Assembly (NCBI GenBank): GCA_031388245.1 | Contig: JANNED010000174.1 | Coordinates: 4,263-68,262, forward strand | Source of the DNA: Variovorax sp. | GTDB lineage: Bacteria > Pseudomonadota > Gammaproteobacteria > Burkholderiales > Burkholderiaceae_C | Length of the DNA stretch: 64,000 nt | Direction: 5' to 3' | Shown here: in pieces, positions 1-10,229 of the stretch | Numbering within the stretch: position 1 is the first letter of the stretch | How the letters are laid out: every line of letters starts with the position of its first letter | Notes under the pieces: generated by a model | What the model was told of the DNA's origin: nothing | Seen by the model: only the letters and a program-made list of their open reading frames with translations | The model's database searches: none | Made by a program: the position numbers and the translations under genes

Positions 1-267
1 AGCGTGGTGGATCAAGCGGCTTTGGTGCAAGCCTTGCAAGCGGGCACGATAGCCGGTGCGGGGCTGGATGTGTTTGCCAACGAGCCGCATGTGCCCGAAG
101 CACTGTGGAGCATGCCGCAAGTGGTGCTCACGCCGCACATTGCCAGCGCCACCAAGCAAACGCGCCAGGCCATGGCCGATCTAGCTTTTGAAAACATGAA
201 GGCAGGTCTTGCCGGAGCGGCTTTGCTCACGCCTGTGCCTGAAATGCGTAAGGCCACCGCTGCATGA
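1..267 (+). CDS. D-isomer-specific 2-hydroxyacid dehydrogenase (2-ketoaldonate/glyoxylate reductase-like), C-terminal part, truncated by window edge
   Basis: GAGLDVFANEP and VLTPHIASAT motifs of the D-2-hydroxyacid dehydrogenase C-terminus; ATGA overlap with next gene. Confidence 0.85.
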   Translation, partial: SVVDQAALVQALQAGTIAGAGLDVFANEPHVPEALWSMPQVVLTPHIASATKQTRQAMADLAFENMKAGLAGAALLTPVPEMRKATAA

Positions 268-1184
268 TGCACGTCTTCGACACGAGATTTGAGCCTGTGG
301 CGCGAGGCGCAGGGGAGCTGATTCGGCTGTGTACGGGTGCAACATGGAGCGAAGGCCCTGTTTGGATGCACGAGGATCAATCTGTGCTGTGGAGCGATAT
401 CCCGAGCAATCGCATCCTGCGTTGGCATGCGCAAGATGGCATGAGTGTTTGGCGTGAGAAAGCTGAATTTGCCAATGGCCACACGCGCGAAGCGGATGGT
501 GCGCTGCTTCATTGCTCGCATGGCCTCAGAGCCATTGTGCGCACGCGCTTTGGCAGCGATTTGAGTGAGCAGCGCGATGAGATTGTGGTGGACAACTACC
601 AAGGCCGACGGCTCAATTCGCCCAACGATGTGGTGGTGAAATCAGATGGCACGATTTGGTTTACTGATCCGCCATATGGCATTGTCTCCAATCACGAGGG
701 CTATCAAGCACCGAGTGAATTGGGCGATTGCTATGTATTTCGTTTTGACCCAGCCGATGGCAGTTTGCGCATCGTGACGAGCTTGGTTGAAGAGCCCAAT
801 GGCTTGGCTTTTTCGCCCGATGAATCGATCCTATATATTTCTGATACTTCAGCGGCTCTTCAAAGTGATGGCTGCGGCAACCATCACATCATGGCCTTTG
901 ATGTGATGAATGGCCAAGATTTACATCATCCGCGCGTTTTCGCAACGATCGAGCCAGGCTTGTCTGACGGTTTTCGCTTGGATGCGCATGGCTACCTCTA
1001 CACCAGCTGTGCCGCCGGTGTCTTGGTGTATCACCCCGATGGCAGCAAAATGGCTTGGATTGAAGTGCCAGAGAAAGTGGGCAATCTTACTTTTGGTGGC
1101 GCACAGCACAATGTGCTTTACATCGCCGCGAGCCAATCGCTGTATTGCATTGCTCTGGACACACAAGGGGTGCAGCGCCCGTGA
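264..1184 (+). CDS. SMP-30/gluconolactonase family lactonase
   Basis: WSEGPVW, LNSPNDVVV, FTDPPYG, PNGLAFSPDE, SDG motifs. Confidence 0.9.
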   Translation: MMHVFDTRFEPVARGAGELIRLCTGATWSEGPVWMHEDQSVLWSDIPSNRILRWHAQDGMSVWREKAEFANGHTREADGALLHCSHGLRAIVRTRFGSDLSEQRDEIVVDNYQGRRLNSPNDVVVKSDGTIWFTDPPYGIVSNHEGYQAPSELGDCYVFRFDPADGSLRIVTSLVEEPNGLAFSPDESILYISDTSAALQSDGCGNHHIMAFDVMNGQDLHHPRVFATIEPGLSDGFRLDAHGYLYTSCAAGVLVYHPDGSKMAWIEVPEKVGNLTFGGAQHNVLYIAASQSLYCIALDTQGVQRP

Positions 1185-1909
1185 GCCTCGAACACGTTTG
1201 GCATTGGTTGCTCAGCCCGCTCAGCGGCGCGAGCACACACCAGCTGGATGGCTGGGTGATCTGGCATGCGCGAAGCATGGTGCTGGCTTGGGCCATTCTG
1301 CTGCCCGTGGGTGCCATCGCAGCACGCTACTTCAAAGTCACAACTGGGCAAGACTGGCCGCACGTGACTGACAACCGCACTTGGTGGCATGCGCATCGCA
1401 GCCTGCAATACAGCGGCGTGCTGATCATGCTCATCGGCATTTACCTAGCGTGGGACCGAAGCACGTCACTGTCTCTCGGCGCACAATTGCACAGCTATAT
1501 AGGCTGGGGCGTGATCGCTCTGGGCATCGTACAAATCTTCAGTGCATGGTTTCGCGGCAGCAAAGGCGGGCCCACCGAGCCTCAGTTGCGCGGCGATCAT
1601 TACGACATGACCACGCACCGCCTGCTCTTTGAAGGCATTCATAAAAGTGTGGGCTGGATCGCCGTGGCCGCTGCGGTGATAACCATCGTTTTAGGGCTGT
1701 GGATTGCCGATGCGCCACGCTGGATGCTCATCGTCTTGATGATTTGGTGGCTGGCTCTGGCTGCTTGGTGTGTGCAGCTTGAGCGTACAGGCCGATGCAT
1801 CGACACCTATCAAGCCATCTGGGGCACTGATCCAAAACATCCAGGCAACTTGCGCCCCCATGTCGGCTGGGGCATGCTTCGGCACATGCAAACAAGGGAG
1901 CGCCTATGA
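1181..1909 (+). CDS. Cytochrome b561 domain membrane protein (eukaryotic/FRRS1-like type)
   Basis: About 5-6 TM segments with four spaced His ([26 protein letters not shown]); GTG start overlapping upstream TGA. Confidence 0.75.
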   Translation: MSLEHVWHWLLSPLSGASTHQLDGWVIWHARSMVLAWAILLPVGAIAARYFKVTTGQDWPHVTDNRTWWHAHRSLQYSGVLIMLIGIYLAWDRSTSLSLGAQLHSYIGWGVIALGIVQIFSAWFRGSKGGPTEPQLRGDHYDMTTHRLLFEGIHKSVGWIAVAAAVITIVLGLWIADAPRWMLIVLMIWWLALAAWCVQLERTGRCIDTYQAIWGTDPKHPGNLRPHVGWGMLRHMQTRERL

Positions 1910-3018
1910 GCGGCTTGCAGTTAAAAAATATCGTGAAACGCTTCGGTGAGGTAACGGTTGTGCAGCATCTTGATCTGGATGTGCGCGAAGGTGAATTCAT
2001 GGTGCTGCTTGGTGAATCGGGCTGCGGCAAAAGCACCACGCTGCGCATGATTGCTGGCTTAGAAGAAGCCACAGAAGGACAAATCTTTATTGGCGGGCGC
2101 GATGTGACCCAGCTCCATCCAATGGATCGCGATATTGCGATGGTGTTTCAAAACTATGCGCTGTATCCGCACATGGATGTGGCCAGCAACATGTCTTTTT
2201 CTTTGCGAATTGCCGGTTGCCCGCCATCAGAGTTGAAAGCCAAAGTTGCCGCAGCGGCAAAAATATTGAATATTGAGCACCTGCTTGCACGCAAGCCCAA
2301 AGAGCTCTCAGGCGGGCAGCGCCAGCGCGTCGCGATTGGCCGCGCCATCGTGCGCGAGCCAAAAGTGTTTCTCTTTGATGAGCCGCTGTCTAACCTCGAT
2401 GCCAAGCTCAGAAGCCATATGCGTGCCGAGCTGGCCGTGCTACACCAGCGCTTGGGCAAAACGACTGTTTATGTGACGCACGATCAGATTGAGGCCATGA
2501 CACTGGCTTCGCGCATCGTGATTTTTGACAAAGGCCAAATCCAGCAAGTCGGCACACCCACCGAGGTGTTCAATCGCCCGGCTAATTTATTTGTAGCAGG
2601 CTTCATTGGCGTGCCCACGATGAACATGTTTGAAGCCACCTGCATCGCGCAAGAAGGGTCATTGAGGCTCCAAGGCGCAGGCTTTGATTGGGCCGCGCCA
2701 GCTTGGCTGAATTCCTCGCCAGTCAAAGCAGGCGATGCTTTGACCTTGGGGCTCAGGCCGCAAGCCTTGCAGGCAGGCTCTGCGCAAACCAATTCTTTGG
2801 TGCTGCAAGCGCAAGTGGTGGAATACCTTGGTACAGAAAGCCAGCTCGCTGGCACGATGCCAGGGCAGCCTGATCGAAGAATATCGGCAATAGCCCCGGG
2901 CGATGCCAAAAGCAGCCTCGGCACAAACGTGACTTTTTCTTTTGAACCCGATGCATTGCATGTGTTTGACCGCCTCACGGGGCTGTCGTTGCGCTCGCAA
3001 CCAGAAGACTTGAAGTGA
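1906..3018 (+). CDS. Carbohydrate ABC transporter ATP-binding protein (MalK/UgpC family)
   Basis: GESGCGKS Walker A, LSGGQRQR signature, [13 protein letters not shown]-terminal TOBE-like region. Confidence 0.95.
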   Translation: MSGLQLKNIVKRFGEVTVVQHLDLDVREGEFMVLLGESGCGKSTTLRMIAGLEEATEGQIFIGGRDVTQLHPMDRDIAMVFQNYALYPHMDVASNMSFSLRIAGCPPSELKAKVAAAAKILNIEHLLARKPKELSGGQRQRVAIGRAIVREPKVFLFDEPLSNLDAKLRSHMRAELAVLHQRLGKTTVYVTHDQIEAMTLASRIVIFDKGQIQQVGTPTEVFNRPANLFVAGFIGVPTMNMFEATCIAQEGSLRLQGAGFDWAAPAWLNSSPVKAGDALTLGLRPQALQAGSAQTNSLVLQAQVVEYLGTESQLAGTMPGQPDRRISAIAPGDAKSSLGTNVTFSFEPDALHVFDRLTGLSLRSQPEDLK

Positions 3019-3063
3019 GCGCACTTTTTTCTAACTTTTTAGCTTTTAACCTGGAGACTTCTC

Positions 3064-4401
3064 ATGAGCATTGATCGCAGAACCCTCATCAAAAACACCG
3101 GTATCACGGTGTTTGGCGCAGGCTTGCCATTCAGCGGCGCTGTGGCACAAAATCGCTATGCGAAATACGCTGGCAAAACCGTCACCATCAACATCCCTGC
3201 GCATCCACACTACGATGCAATGGCCAAGCTGCTGCCAGAATTCACCAAGGAAACAGGCATCAAAGTCGAGGTAGACAAACTCGCCATTGGCCGCTTGAAA
3301 GAAAAGCAGTTGCTGGAAATGGCCAAACCACAAGGCGATTACGATTTGGCTTGCTACATCGTGATGTGGAAAGGCGAATATGTGGCTAAGAATTTGGTGC
3401 AGCCGCTAGAGCCCTTCTTTGCCAACCCCGCTTTGGCCGATCCGAGCTACGACATGAAAGACATCATCCCGATTTATTTAGAAAATCTGGGCATGGTGGG
3501 CGGCCCCAAGGGCTATTTGGCAGGGCCCGGCGCCAAGCTTTATGGATTGCCTTATGGCGCGGAGACTTCGGTGCTGGCCTACCGACGCGATGTGTTTGCC
3601 AAACTCAATCTCAAAGTACCCGAAACGTATGCGGATTTCAGCAAAGCCCTGCGTGTGCTCAAAGATCAATCGGGCATGGGGGCACTGACCTCACGCGGCC
3701 AAGCCGGGCATCAGTGTGTGCATGCTTGGCTGTTGCATTTGAATCCACTGGGCGGCAGCGTGTTTGATGATCAATGGAAGCCCCGCTTCAACGACAAAGC
3801 GGGCGTGGCAGCGCTGAAGTTTTTGCAAGATGTGGTGGCCACAGGCCCCGCCGGTATTCCGGGTTTTGGCCAAGGCGAAGCCAATACGGCTTTCTTGCAA
3901 GGCCAAGCTGCCATGTATCTCGATTCGACCTCATTCGCAGGCGTCGTCAATGATCCATCGCGCAGCAAAGTGGTGGGCAATGTGAGCTGGGCGCTGCATC
4001 CTGCGGGTGTCAAGCGTGCCTCACAATCGGGCGGTTTAGGGCTCACGATCCCAAAGAACGCGAAGAATGCAGACGCAGGCTTTTTGCTCATGCAGTGGCT
4101 GACTTCCAAAGCGCAAGACAAAGCCGTCACGCGGCTTGGCGGTGCGCCCATGCGCAACTCCACCATGAACGATGCGGATTTGGTGCGCCAGTATCCCGAA
4201 TTCATCGTGTTCAAGGAAGCTCTGAAATACTCCAACCCAGATTGGCGGCCCATCATTGCCGTGTGGGATCGCATCAACGTGCAAGCACTTGGCGTGGGCA
4301 TTTCAGACGCGCTCACAGGCAAGAAGAGCGCAGAAGATGCGCTCAATGGCATGGTGCCGCAAGTCACAGCCATCATGCGCGAAGCCGGCTACAAAATCTA
4401 A
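3064..4401 (+). CDS. Carbohydrate ABC transporter substrate-binding protein, Tat-like signal
   Basis: IDRRTLIK twin-arginine leader, family-1 SBP features, GGAG RBS. Confidence 0.9.
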   Translation: MSIDRRTLIKNTGITVFGAGLPFSGAVAQNRYAKYAGKTVTINIPAHPHYDAMAKLLPEFTKETGIKVEVDKLAIGRLKEKQLLEMAKPQGDYDLACYIVMWKGEYVAKNLVQPLEPFFANPALADPSYDMKDIIPIYLENLGMVGGPKGYLAGPGAKLYGLPYGAETSVLAYRRDVFAKLNLKVPETYADFSKALRVLKDQSGMGALTSRGQAGHQCVHAWLLHLNPLGGSVFDDQWKPRFNDKAGVAALKFLQDVVATGPAGIPGFGQGEANTAFLQGQAAMYLDSTSFAGVVNDPSRSKVVGNVSWALHPAGVKRASQSGGLGLTIPKNAKNADAGFLLMQWLTSKAQDKAVTRLGGAPMRNSTMNDADLVRQYPEFIVFKEALKYSNPDWRPIIAVWDRINVQALGVGISDALTGKKSAEDALNGMVPQVTAIMREAGYKI

Positions 4402-4412
4402 AAGCATTGCCC

Positions 4413-5288
4413 ATGCGTGTCTCCCGCTGGACGCTGGTCGTCTACCTTGCTCCTGCCATTCTCGTGATGGCGGCAGCCTGCTTGTATCCCGTGTTGACTG
4501 CATTCCAGTTGGCCGGCTACAAGTGGGAGATGGGCACGCCTTGGGAAACAGCACAGTGGGTAGGGCTGGATAACTTCATTGCGGCGTTTACGAATGAGCA
4601 AGTGTGGTCTTCCTTGCGCATCACCTTGCTATTCGCTGGCATTTGCGTGACGTTGGAGATGATTCTCGGCATTACACTGGCATTGGCGCTAGAGCATCCC
4701 GTGCGCGGCATGTCGATTTTCAGGACAGTTTTTATCCTGCCCATGATGATTGCACCGATCGCCGTGGGATTGGCCTGGCGCTACATGTTTGATGCGCAGT
4801 TCGGCTTGATCAACGCATTGCTGGGGCGTATCGGGATCGAGCCCTTGACTTGGTTGGCAGATCCTACCTTGGCCTTCATTGCCATTGTGATTGCCGATGT
4901 GTGGCAATGGACACCGTTTGTTTTTATCATGATGCTGGCAGCACTGGCCAGCGTGGACGGTGCGGTCATGGAGGCATCGCGCATTGATGGCGCGAGTTGG
5001 ATGCAACAGATTTTCTTGGTGAAATTGCCGATGGTGATGCATGTGATTGCAATCACCTTGATGATGCGTTTGATTGATGCCTTCCGCGTGCTGGAAGTGA
5101 TCTATGTGCTGACTTTTGGTGGGCCGGGCAACAGCACGGAGATATTGGCTGTGCATATTTACAAAACAGCTTTCGTTGGGCAGCAAATGGGGGTGGCTGC
5201 GGCAGTGTCTGTTTTGCTGCTGGTTGTTGTCGTGGCTTTGTCTTGGGCTGCGCTGCGCTTGTCCAATCCCATGAAGGATGCCCGATGA
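4413..5288 (+). CDS. Carbohydrate ABC permease (MalF-like)
   Basis: Hydrophobic, DVWQWTPF and EASRIDGA EAA-loop; start moved to ATG 4413. Confidence 0.9.
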   Translation: MRVSRWTLVVYLAPAILVMAAACLYPVLTAFQLAGYKWEMGTPWETAQWVGLDNFIAAFTNEQVWSSLRITLLFAGICVTLEMILGITLALALEHPVRGMSIFRTVFILPMMIAPIAVGLAWRYMFDAQFGLINALLGRIGIEPLTWLADPTLAFIAIVIADVWQWTPFVFIMMLAALASVDGAVMEASRIDGASWMQQIFLVKLPMVMHVIAITLMMRLIDAFRVLEVIYVLTFGGPGNSTEILAVHIYKTAFVGQQMGVAAAVSVLLLVVVVALSWAALRLSNPMKDAR

Positions 5289-6109
5289 AGCGCAGCATCT
5301 CACTCGTCGTCACGCATTACGCCATGCTGATCATTTTGGCGCTGATTTGTATCGCACCAATCTTAGTGATTTTTGCCACCAGCATGCGCCAACAAGTGCA
5401 GATTTTCTCTGAACCTTTGAATTTCTTGTTTGTGCCCACGCTAGAAAACTATCGCGCAGTTTTGCAAGAAGACAAGCTCGATGTGTATTTAAAAAATAGT
5501 TTGTTTGTAGGCATCGTTTCTACCTTCATCACCTTGGTGCTGGGTTGCATGGCGGCCTATGGCTTGGCTCGCTTTCGTTTTCCGGGGCGAACTGGCGTGG
5601 CCTACACCACCTTGTTGCTGCGCACGGTGCCTTTTGCGGTGCTGGCGATTCCTGTGTTTGTCATCTGGAATCAATGGGGCTTGGTCAACAGCTTGTGGGG
5701 CTTGATCTTGCTGTATGTTGCTGTCAATCTGCCATTCACCATTTGGCTGCTTTATGGCTTTGTGTTGCAAGTGCCGGTGGAGTTGGAAGAGGCGGCTGCC
5801 ATCGACGGCTGTGGGCCGTTGCGCGTGTTCAGCACGATTTTTTTGCCGCTGATGGCGCCGGGTTTAGCGGCTGCTTCGATTTTCACTTTCCGCATTGCAT
5901 GGAATGAATTCATTTTGGCCTTGGTGCTTACCGATCGGCACACCCGAACTTTGCCCGTGGCAGCATCACTTTTCATCACGGATATGGGCGTGGATTGGGG
6001 CAAGGTCATGGCGATGGGCAGCTTGATCGCGATTCCTCCACTGATTTTTACTTTTGTGGCAGCGCGGCAAATCATTGGCGGCCTCACCGCAGGCGCTGTA
6101 AAAGGATGA
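5285..6109 (+). CDS. Carbohydrate ABC permease (MalG-like)
   Basis: ELEEAAAIDGC EAA-loop, WNEF motif, GLTAGAVKG end; ATGA overlap. Confidence 0.9.
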   Translation: MKRSISLVVTHYAMLIILALICIAPILVIFATSMRQQVQIFSEPLNFLFVPTLENYRAVLQEDKLDVYLKNSLFVGIVSTFITLVLGCMAAYGLARFRFPGRTGVAYTTLLLRTVPFAVLAIPVFVIWNQWGLVNSLWGLILLYVAVNLPFTIWLLYGFVLQVPVELEEAAAIDGCGPLRVFSTIFLPLMAPGLAAASIFTFRIAWNEFILALVLTDRHTRTLPVAASLFITDMGVDWGKVMAMGSLIAIPPLIFTFVAARQIIGGLTAGAVKG

Positions 6110-6666
6110 GTGCTGTGCCGCTTCAATTGGTGGTGATGGGTGTTTCGGGTTGCGGCAAATCAACCTTGGCTCAGGCGCTCAGCAAAGCCATGCAACTGAG
6201 TTTGGTGGATGGTGATGATTTGCATTCGGAGCGCAGCATCGCCAAGATGCAGGCAGGTATTCCCCTTGAAGATGCAGACCGTTGGCCATGGCTAGATCGG
6301 ATTGGTGGCTACCTGTCTAAGCCGCTTGAGCATGGCGACAATCACCGTGGCCGGGTGGTGGCTTGCTCTGCTTTGAAGCTGGCCTATCGAGCGCAAATTC
6401 GTCGCTGGGCGACGGACGTGCGCTTTGTTTTTCTGGATGGTGATCGCGAGCTGATTCGCAGCCGCATGGCCGCAAGAGCGGGGCATTTTATGCAAGCTGA
6501 TTTGCTAGACAGCCAATTGCGCACGCTGGAGCGCCCAACCGCCCAAGAGCGCGATGTTCTTCGCGTTGACACGGCGCACTCTGTAGATATGCTGATCTCT
6601 GCGGTGATGCAGGCCCTGCAAACCGACAAACTCTCTGGCTTGACCGATGATTTACAGACACATTAA
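6106..6666 (+). CDS. gntK: Gluconokinase (GntK/IdnK type)
   Basis: VMGVSGCGKST, DGDDLH, PLEDADRWPWL, ACSALK, GHFM...LLDSQ..TLE. Confidence 0.9.
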   Translation: MSAVPLQLVVMGVSGCGKSTLAQALSKAMQLSLVDGDDLHSERSIAKMQAGIPLEDADRWPWLDRIGGYLSKPLEHGDNHRGRVVACSALKLAYRAQIRRWATDVRFVFLDGDRELIRSRMAARAGHFMQADLLDSQLRTLERPTAQERDVLRVDTAHSVDMLISAVMQALQTDKLSGLTDDLQTH

Positions 6667-7461
6667 ATGATGAACACAAGCACCGCAGCACCCCATGTTT
6701 TAGATTTGTTTCGGCTTGACGGCCAGCGCGCTTTGATCACAGGCTCTTCCAGTGGCATTGGTTTTGCTTTGGCGCGCGCTTTGGGGCAAGCTGGCGCTGC
6801 CGTGGTGCTCAATGGCCGCGATGCTGCAAAGTTGCATGGCGCTGTTGCTCAGCTCCAAGCAGAAGGCTTACAAGCTGAAGCCGCACTTTTTGATGTGACC
6901 GACTCCCAAAATGCGACGCAAGCGATTGATGCCATCGAGGCATCAGGCCATACTGTTGACATCTTGGTGAACAATGCCGGCATGCAAATTCGCAATCCTC
7001 TGCACGAATTCAATGAAGCGGATTGGCATACGCTGATGAAGACAAATCTCGACAGCGTTTTTTTCGTCGGCAAAGCGGCAGCCAAGCACATGATCAAACG
7101 CAAGAGGGGCAAGATCATCAATATTTGCTCGGTGCAAAGTGAGCTCGGCAGGCCAGGTATTGCGCCGTACACGGCCAGCAAAGGCGCTGTCAAAATGCTC
7201 ACCAAAGGCATGGCGATTGACTGGGGCCCGCATGGGATCAATGTAAATGGGCTGGGGCCCGGTTATTTCAAAACGGAGTTGACTGAAAAACTCGTGGCCG
7301 ACCCGACATTCACAGACTGGCTCACCGGGCGCACACCCAGCCGGCGCTGGGGCGATGTGCAGGAGCTCGGCGGAGCCGTGGTGTATTTGGCCAGCGAGGC
7401 ATCGCGCTTTGTCAATGGCCATATTTTGTATGTTGATGGCGGCGTGACAGCGACGCTTTGA
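6667..7461 (+). CDS. idnO: Gluconate 5-dehydrogenase (SDR)
   Basis: TGSSSGIG, NNAGMQIR, CSVQSELGRPGIAPYTASKG, GYFKTEL. Confidence 0.85.
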   Translation: MMNTSTAAPHVLDLFRLDGQRALITGSSSGIGFALARALGQAGAAVVLNGRDAAKLHGAVAQLQAEGLQAEAALFDVTDSQNATQAIDAIEASGHTVDILVNNAGMQIRNPLHEFNEADWHTLMKTNLDSVFFVGKAAAKHMIKRKRGKIINICSVQSELGRPGIAPYTASKGAVKMLTKGMAIDWGPHGINVNGLGPGYFKTELTEKLVADPTFTDWLTGRTPSRRWGDVQELGGAVVYLASEASRFVNGHILYVDGGVTATL

Positions 7462-7476
7462 TTTGGAGAAAAAACC

Positions 7477-8526
7477 ATGCGCTCAGTAGTTTGCCATTCC
7501 GCGAAAGACTTGCGGCTAGAAACAGTTGAATTGCCCACATTGGGCGAGCATCAGTTGCGCGTGCAAGTGGCCTATGGCGGCATTTGCGGCTCTGATCTTC
7601 ATTATTACCAACATGGCGGCTTTGGTACGGTGCGCATCAAAGAGCCGATGGCGCTGGGCCACGAAGTATCAGGCACAGTGGCCGCGTTGGGCGCATCGGT
7701 CAAAGGCTTGACCTTAGGGCAGCGGATTGCCATTTCTCCTTCACGGCCTTGCGGCCAATGCCGTTTTTGCCATGCGGGCTTGCAAAACCATTGCCTCAAT
7801 ATGCGCTTCTATGGCAGTGCGATGCCCTTCCCGCACATTCAAGGCGCATTCAGCGAGCAGTTGATGATTGATGCTTCTCAAGCCCATGCCGTGGCCGATC
7901 ATTTGAGCTTGTCGGAGGCGGCGCTCGCCGAGCCTTTGTCGGTGGGCTTGCATGCGATCCAGCGGGCGGGCGGTGTGCTCGGAAAAAAAGTGCTTGTCAC
8001 GGGCTGTGGGCCAATTGGCTCGTTGCTGATCGGTGGGCTGCGCCGGGCAGGAGCCGCTTACATCGTTGCGGCAGATATTGCAGATTTGCCTTTGCAATGC
8101 GCTCAAAAAATGGGCGCCGATCAAACGATTCATCTCAACAATGACCCCACCGCGCTTGATATTTACAAAGCAGACAAAGGCCAATTCGATGCGGTGTTTG
8201 AGGCCTCGGGCAGCCAAGCGGCTTTGCTTGCTGCACTGGACGTGATTACGCCGCGTGGCATCTTGATCACGGTGGGCTTGGGCGGCGATATCACGCTCCC
8301 CATGAACAAAATAGTTGCCAAGGAAATTGATTTGCGCGGCACGTTTCGCTTTCATGCAGAGTTTGCCACCGCCGTGCAGTTTTTGAACGAAGGCTTGATT
8401 GACGGCAAGCCTGTGATCACGGGTATCCTGCCATTTAGCCAAGCCTTGGATGCATTTGAGCTGGCGGCTGATAAAAAGCAATCACTCAAGGTGCAGATTG
8501 CGTTCAATGACATGGCACTGGCATAA
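7477..8526 (+). CDS. idnD: L-idonate 5-dehydrogenase (Zn-dependent MDR)
   Basis: GGICGSDLHYY, GHE, structural Zn CxxCxxC..C, MRFYGSAMPFPHIQG, GTFRF. Confidence 0.85.
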   Translation: MRSVVCHSAKDLRLETVELPTLGEHQLRVQVAYGGICGSDLHYYQHGGFGTVRIKEPMALGHEVSGTVAALGASVKGLTLGQRIAISPSRPCGQCRFCHAGLQNHCLNMRFYGSAMPFPHIQGAFSEQLMIDASQAHAVADHLSLSEAALAEPLSVGLHAIQRAGGVLGKKVLVTGCGPIGSLLIGGLRRAGAAYIVAADIADLPLQCAQKMGADQTIHLNNDPTALDIYKADKGQFDAVFEASGSQAALLAALDVITPRGILITVGLGGDITLPMNKIVAKEIDLRGTFRFHAEFATAVQFLNEGLIDGKPVITGILPFSQALDAFELAADKKQSLKVQIAFNDMALA

Positions 8527-8563
8527 CGCTTGTCTTCTACTTACTCAACAGACGCTCATCATC

Positions 8564-9313
8564 ATGAAAAAAATCGCATTGGTTACTGGCGCAAGCTCTG
8601 GCATTGGACGCGCTTGTGCCTTGGCTCTGCTGGCACGAGGCTGGCAGGTGGCTCTTGTGGGCAGGCGCGCCGATGCATTGCAAACGGCCATCGAAGCCGC
8701 TGGCGAGCATGGTGCCAACGCATTCGCCATTCCTACAGATTTAACGCAAGAAAGCGAAGTGCAGGCGCTGTTTGAAGCCATCGCAAAACGCTATGGCCGC
8801 TTGGATCTTTTGTTCAACAATGCCGGCATGTCTCTGCCTTACACCTTACCTGGCGATTTGAGCGGCCAAGATTGGCGGCGCATGGTCGATATCAATTTGA
8901 ATGGCGCTTTTTATTGCCTCTCACACGCCTTCAAAATGATGCAAGATCAAAAGCCCCAAGGCGGCAGGATCATCAACAATGGCTCGATCTCAGCACATGT
9001 GCCGCGCCCGGGCTCTATCGCCTATGCCGCCACCAAACACGCCATCAGTGGGCTCACCCGCGCTGCTGCGCTGGATGGCCGCGCCCACTCGATTGCCGTG
9101 GGGCAAATTGACATTGGCAATGTGGCCTCCGATATGACCGCACAAATGACCCAAGGCGTACCGCAACCCGATGGCAGCCGCAAAGCTGAGCCGGTGATGG
9201 AGATGTCTGCCGTGGTCGATACGTTCATCACGATGGCCGAGTTACCGCTGTCGGCCAATATTTTGTTCACCACGGTGCTGGCCACGCAAATGCCATTTGT
9301 GGGGCGCGGATGA
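8564..9313 (+). CDS. Short-chain dehydrogenase/reductase
   Basis: TGASSGIG, NNAG, YAATK; GGRIINNGSISAH subfamily motif. Confidence 0.85.
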   Translation: MKKIALVTGASSGIGRACALALLARGWQVALVGRRADALQTAIEAAGEHGANAFAIPTDLTQESEVQALFEAIAKRYGRLDLLFNNAGMSLPYTLPGDLSGQDWRRMVDINLNGAFYCLSHAFKMMQDQKPQGGRIINNGSISAHVPRPGSIAYAATKHAISGLTRAAALDGRAHSIAVGQIDIGNVASDMTAQMTQGVPQPDGSRKAEPVMEMSAVVDTFITMAELPLSANILFTTVLATQMPFVGRG

Positions 9314-9350
9314 TGCGTGGTTTGAAACAAACACGGAAAGATTGCCAAGT

Positions 9351-10229
9351 CTAGGGCGAGCTACCCTGCCTGGAGTTTTGTAGAAACTGCACAACAGCCC
9401 GGCATTGCTCAGGCACATTCAGGGCAGGCGCGTGACCGCAACCCGGTATTTCGAGGACATCCAACAGGCCAAGTCTCCCGGGGCCGCGCGTGCGCATTTC
9501 GGCAACAACGACACGGCTCACAACATCTGAATGCTCACCGCGCATGCAGAGTACGGGGATGTCCAAGGCGTCGTAGTGCAACCAAATGAGGTAGTCATCC
9601 GGGTGCACCACAAACTGCTGCACCATTGCCGGGTCGTAGTGCGGTGTGAGTTGGCCATTGGATAAGCGGCGCGCCGAAGTTTCGGTGAGTTGCCGCCATT
9701 CGCGATCACTGAGCCAGCCGTAGGGTTCGTACACCGATCGGAAAAACGCTTCCAGCTCCAGCATCGTGTCAAAGGCCGGGGGGTTGCCAGCATAGGCACG
9801 GATGCGATCAATGGCCGCAGCGGCCAGCTCGGGGGCATTGTCATTGAGCACCAAATGGCGGATACACCCTTTGAGAGGGCCTGCCGCGCTTACCGTACCG
9901 ATTGCGCCGCCCATCGACGTGCCAATCCAATCACATTTCTCGATGCTCAACTGATGAAGTAAATTCGCTGCCAATCGTGCATAAAACGACAACTGATACT
10001 CAGCATCGGGCAAGGAACTCCATTGGCTCAGGCCACGCCCAATCGTGTCAGGGCAGATCACCCGGTAGCCTTCACCAACCAGCCATCGCGCCAATTCATC
10101 CATATCTCGCCCAGTGCGTGCCAAGCCATGCCAAGCAATCACCACGGGCGCATCGGCCGCACCCCAGTCCATGAAATGAATTTCACGCCCTAAGCAATTG
10201 AGATATTTCGATTGAGCGGCGCAATTCAT
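9351..10229 (-). CDS. Alpha/beta hydrolase resembling intracellular 3-hydroxybutyrate-oligomer hydrolase (PhaZc-like)
   Basis: HGLARTGRD, PDTIGRGLS, GTSMGG nucleophile, GHAP; start at ATGA overlap with upstream permease. Confidence 0.75.
   Translation of the reverse strand: MNCAAQSKYLNCLGREIHFMDWGAADAPVVIAWHGLARTGRDMDELARWLVGEGYRVICPDTIGRGLSQWSSLPDAEYQLSFYARLAANLLHQLSIEKCDWIGTSMGGAIGTVSAAGPLKGCIRHLVLNDNAPELAAAAIDRIRAYAGNPPAFDTMLELEAFFRSVYEPYGWLSDREWRQLTETSARRLSNGQLTPHYDPAMVQQFVVHPDDYLIWLHYDALDIPVLCMRGEHSDVVSRVVVAEMRTRGPGRLGLLDVLEIPGCGHAPALNVPEQCRAVVQFLQNSRQGSSP

Noticed and set aside
4095-4412. N-terminal extensions in the ORF track (permease from 4095; also 42742 glpD, 43929 proC, 21104 corA, 53897)
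   Set aside because: They overlap neighbouring genes or leaders; downstream starts have an RBS, stop-start overlaps or adjacent -10 boxes
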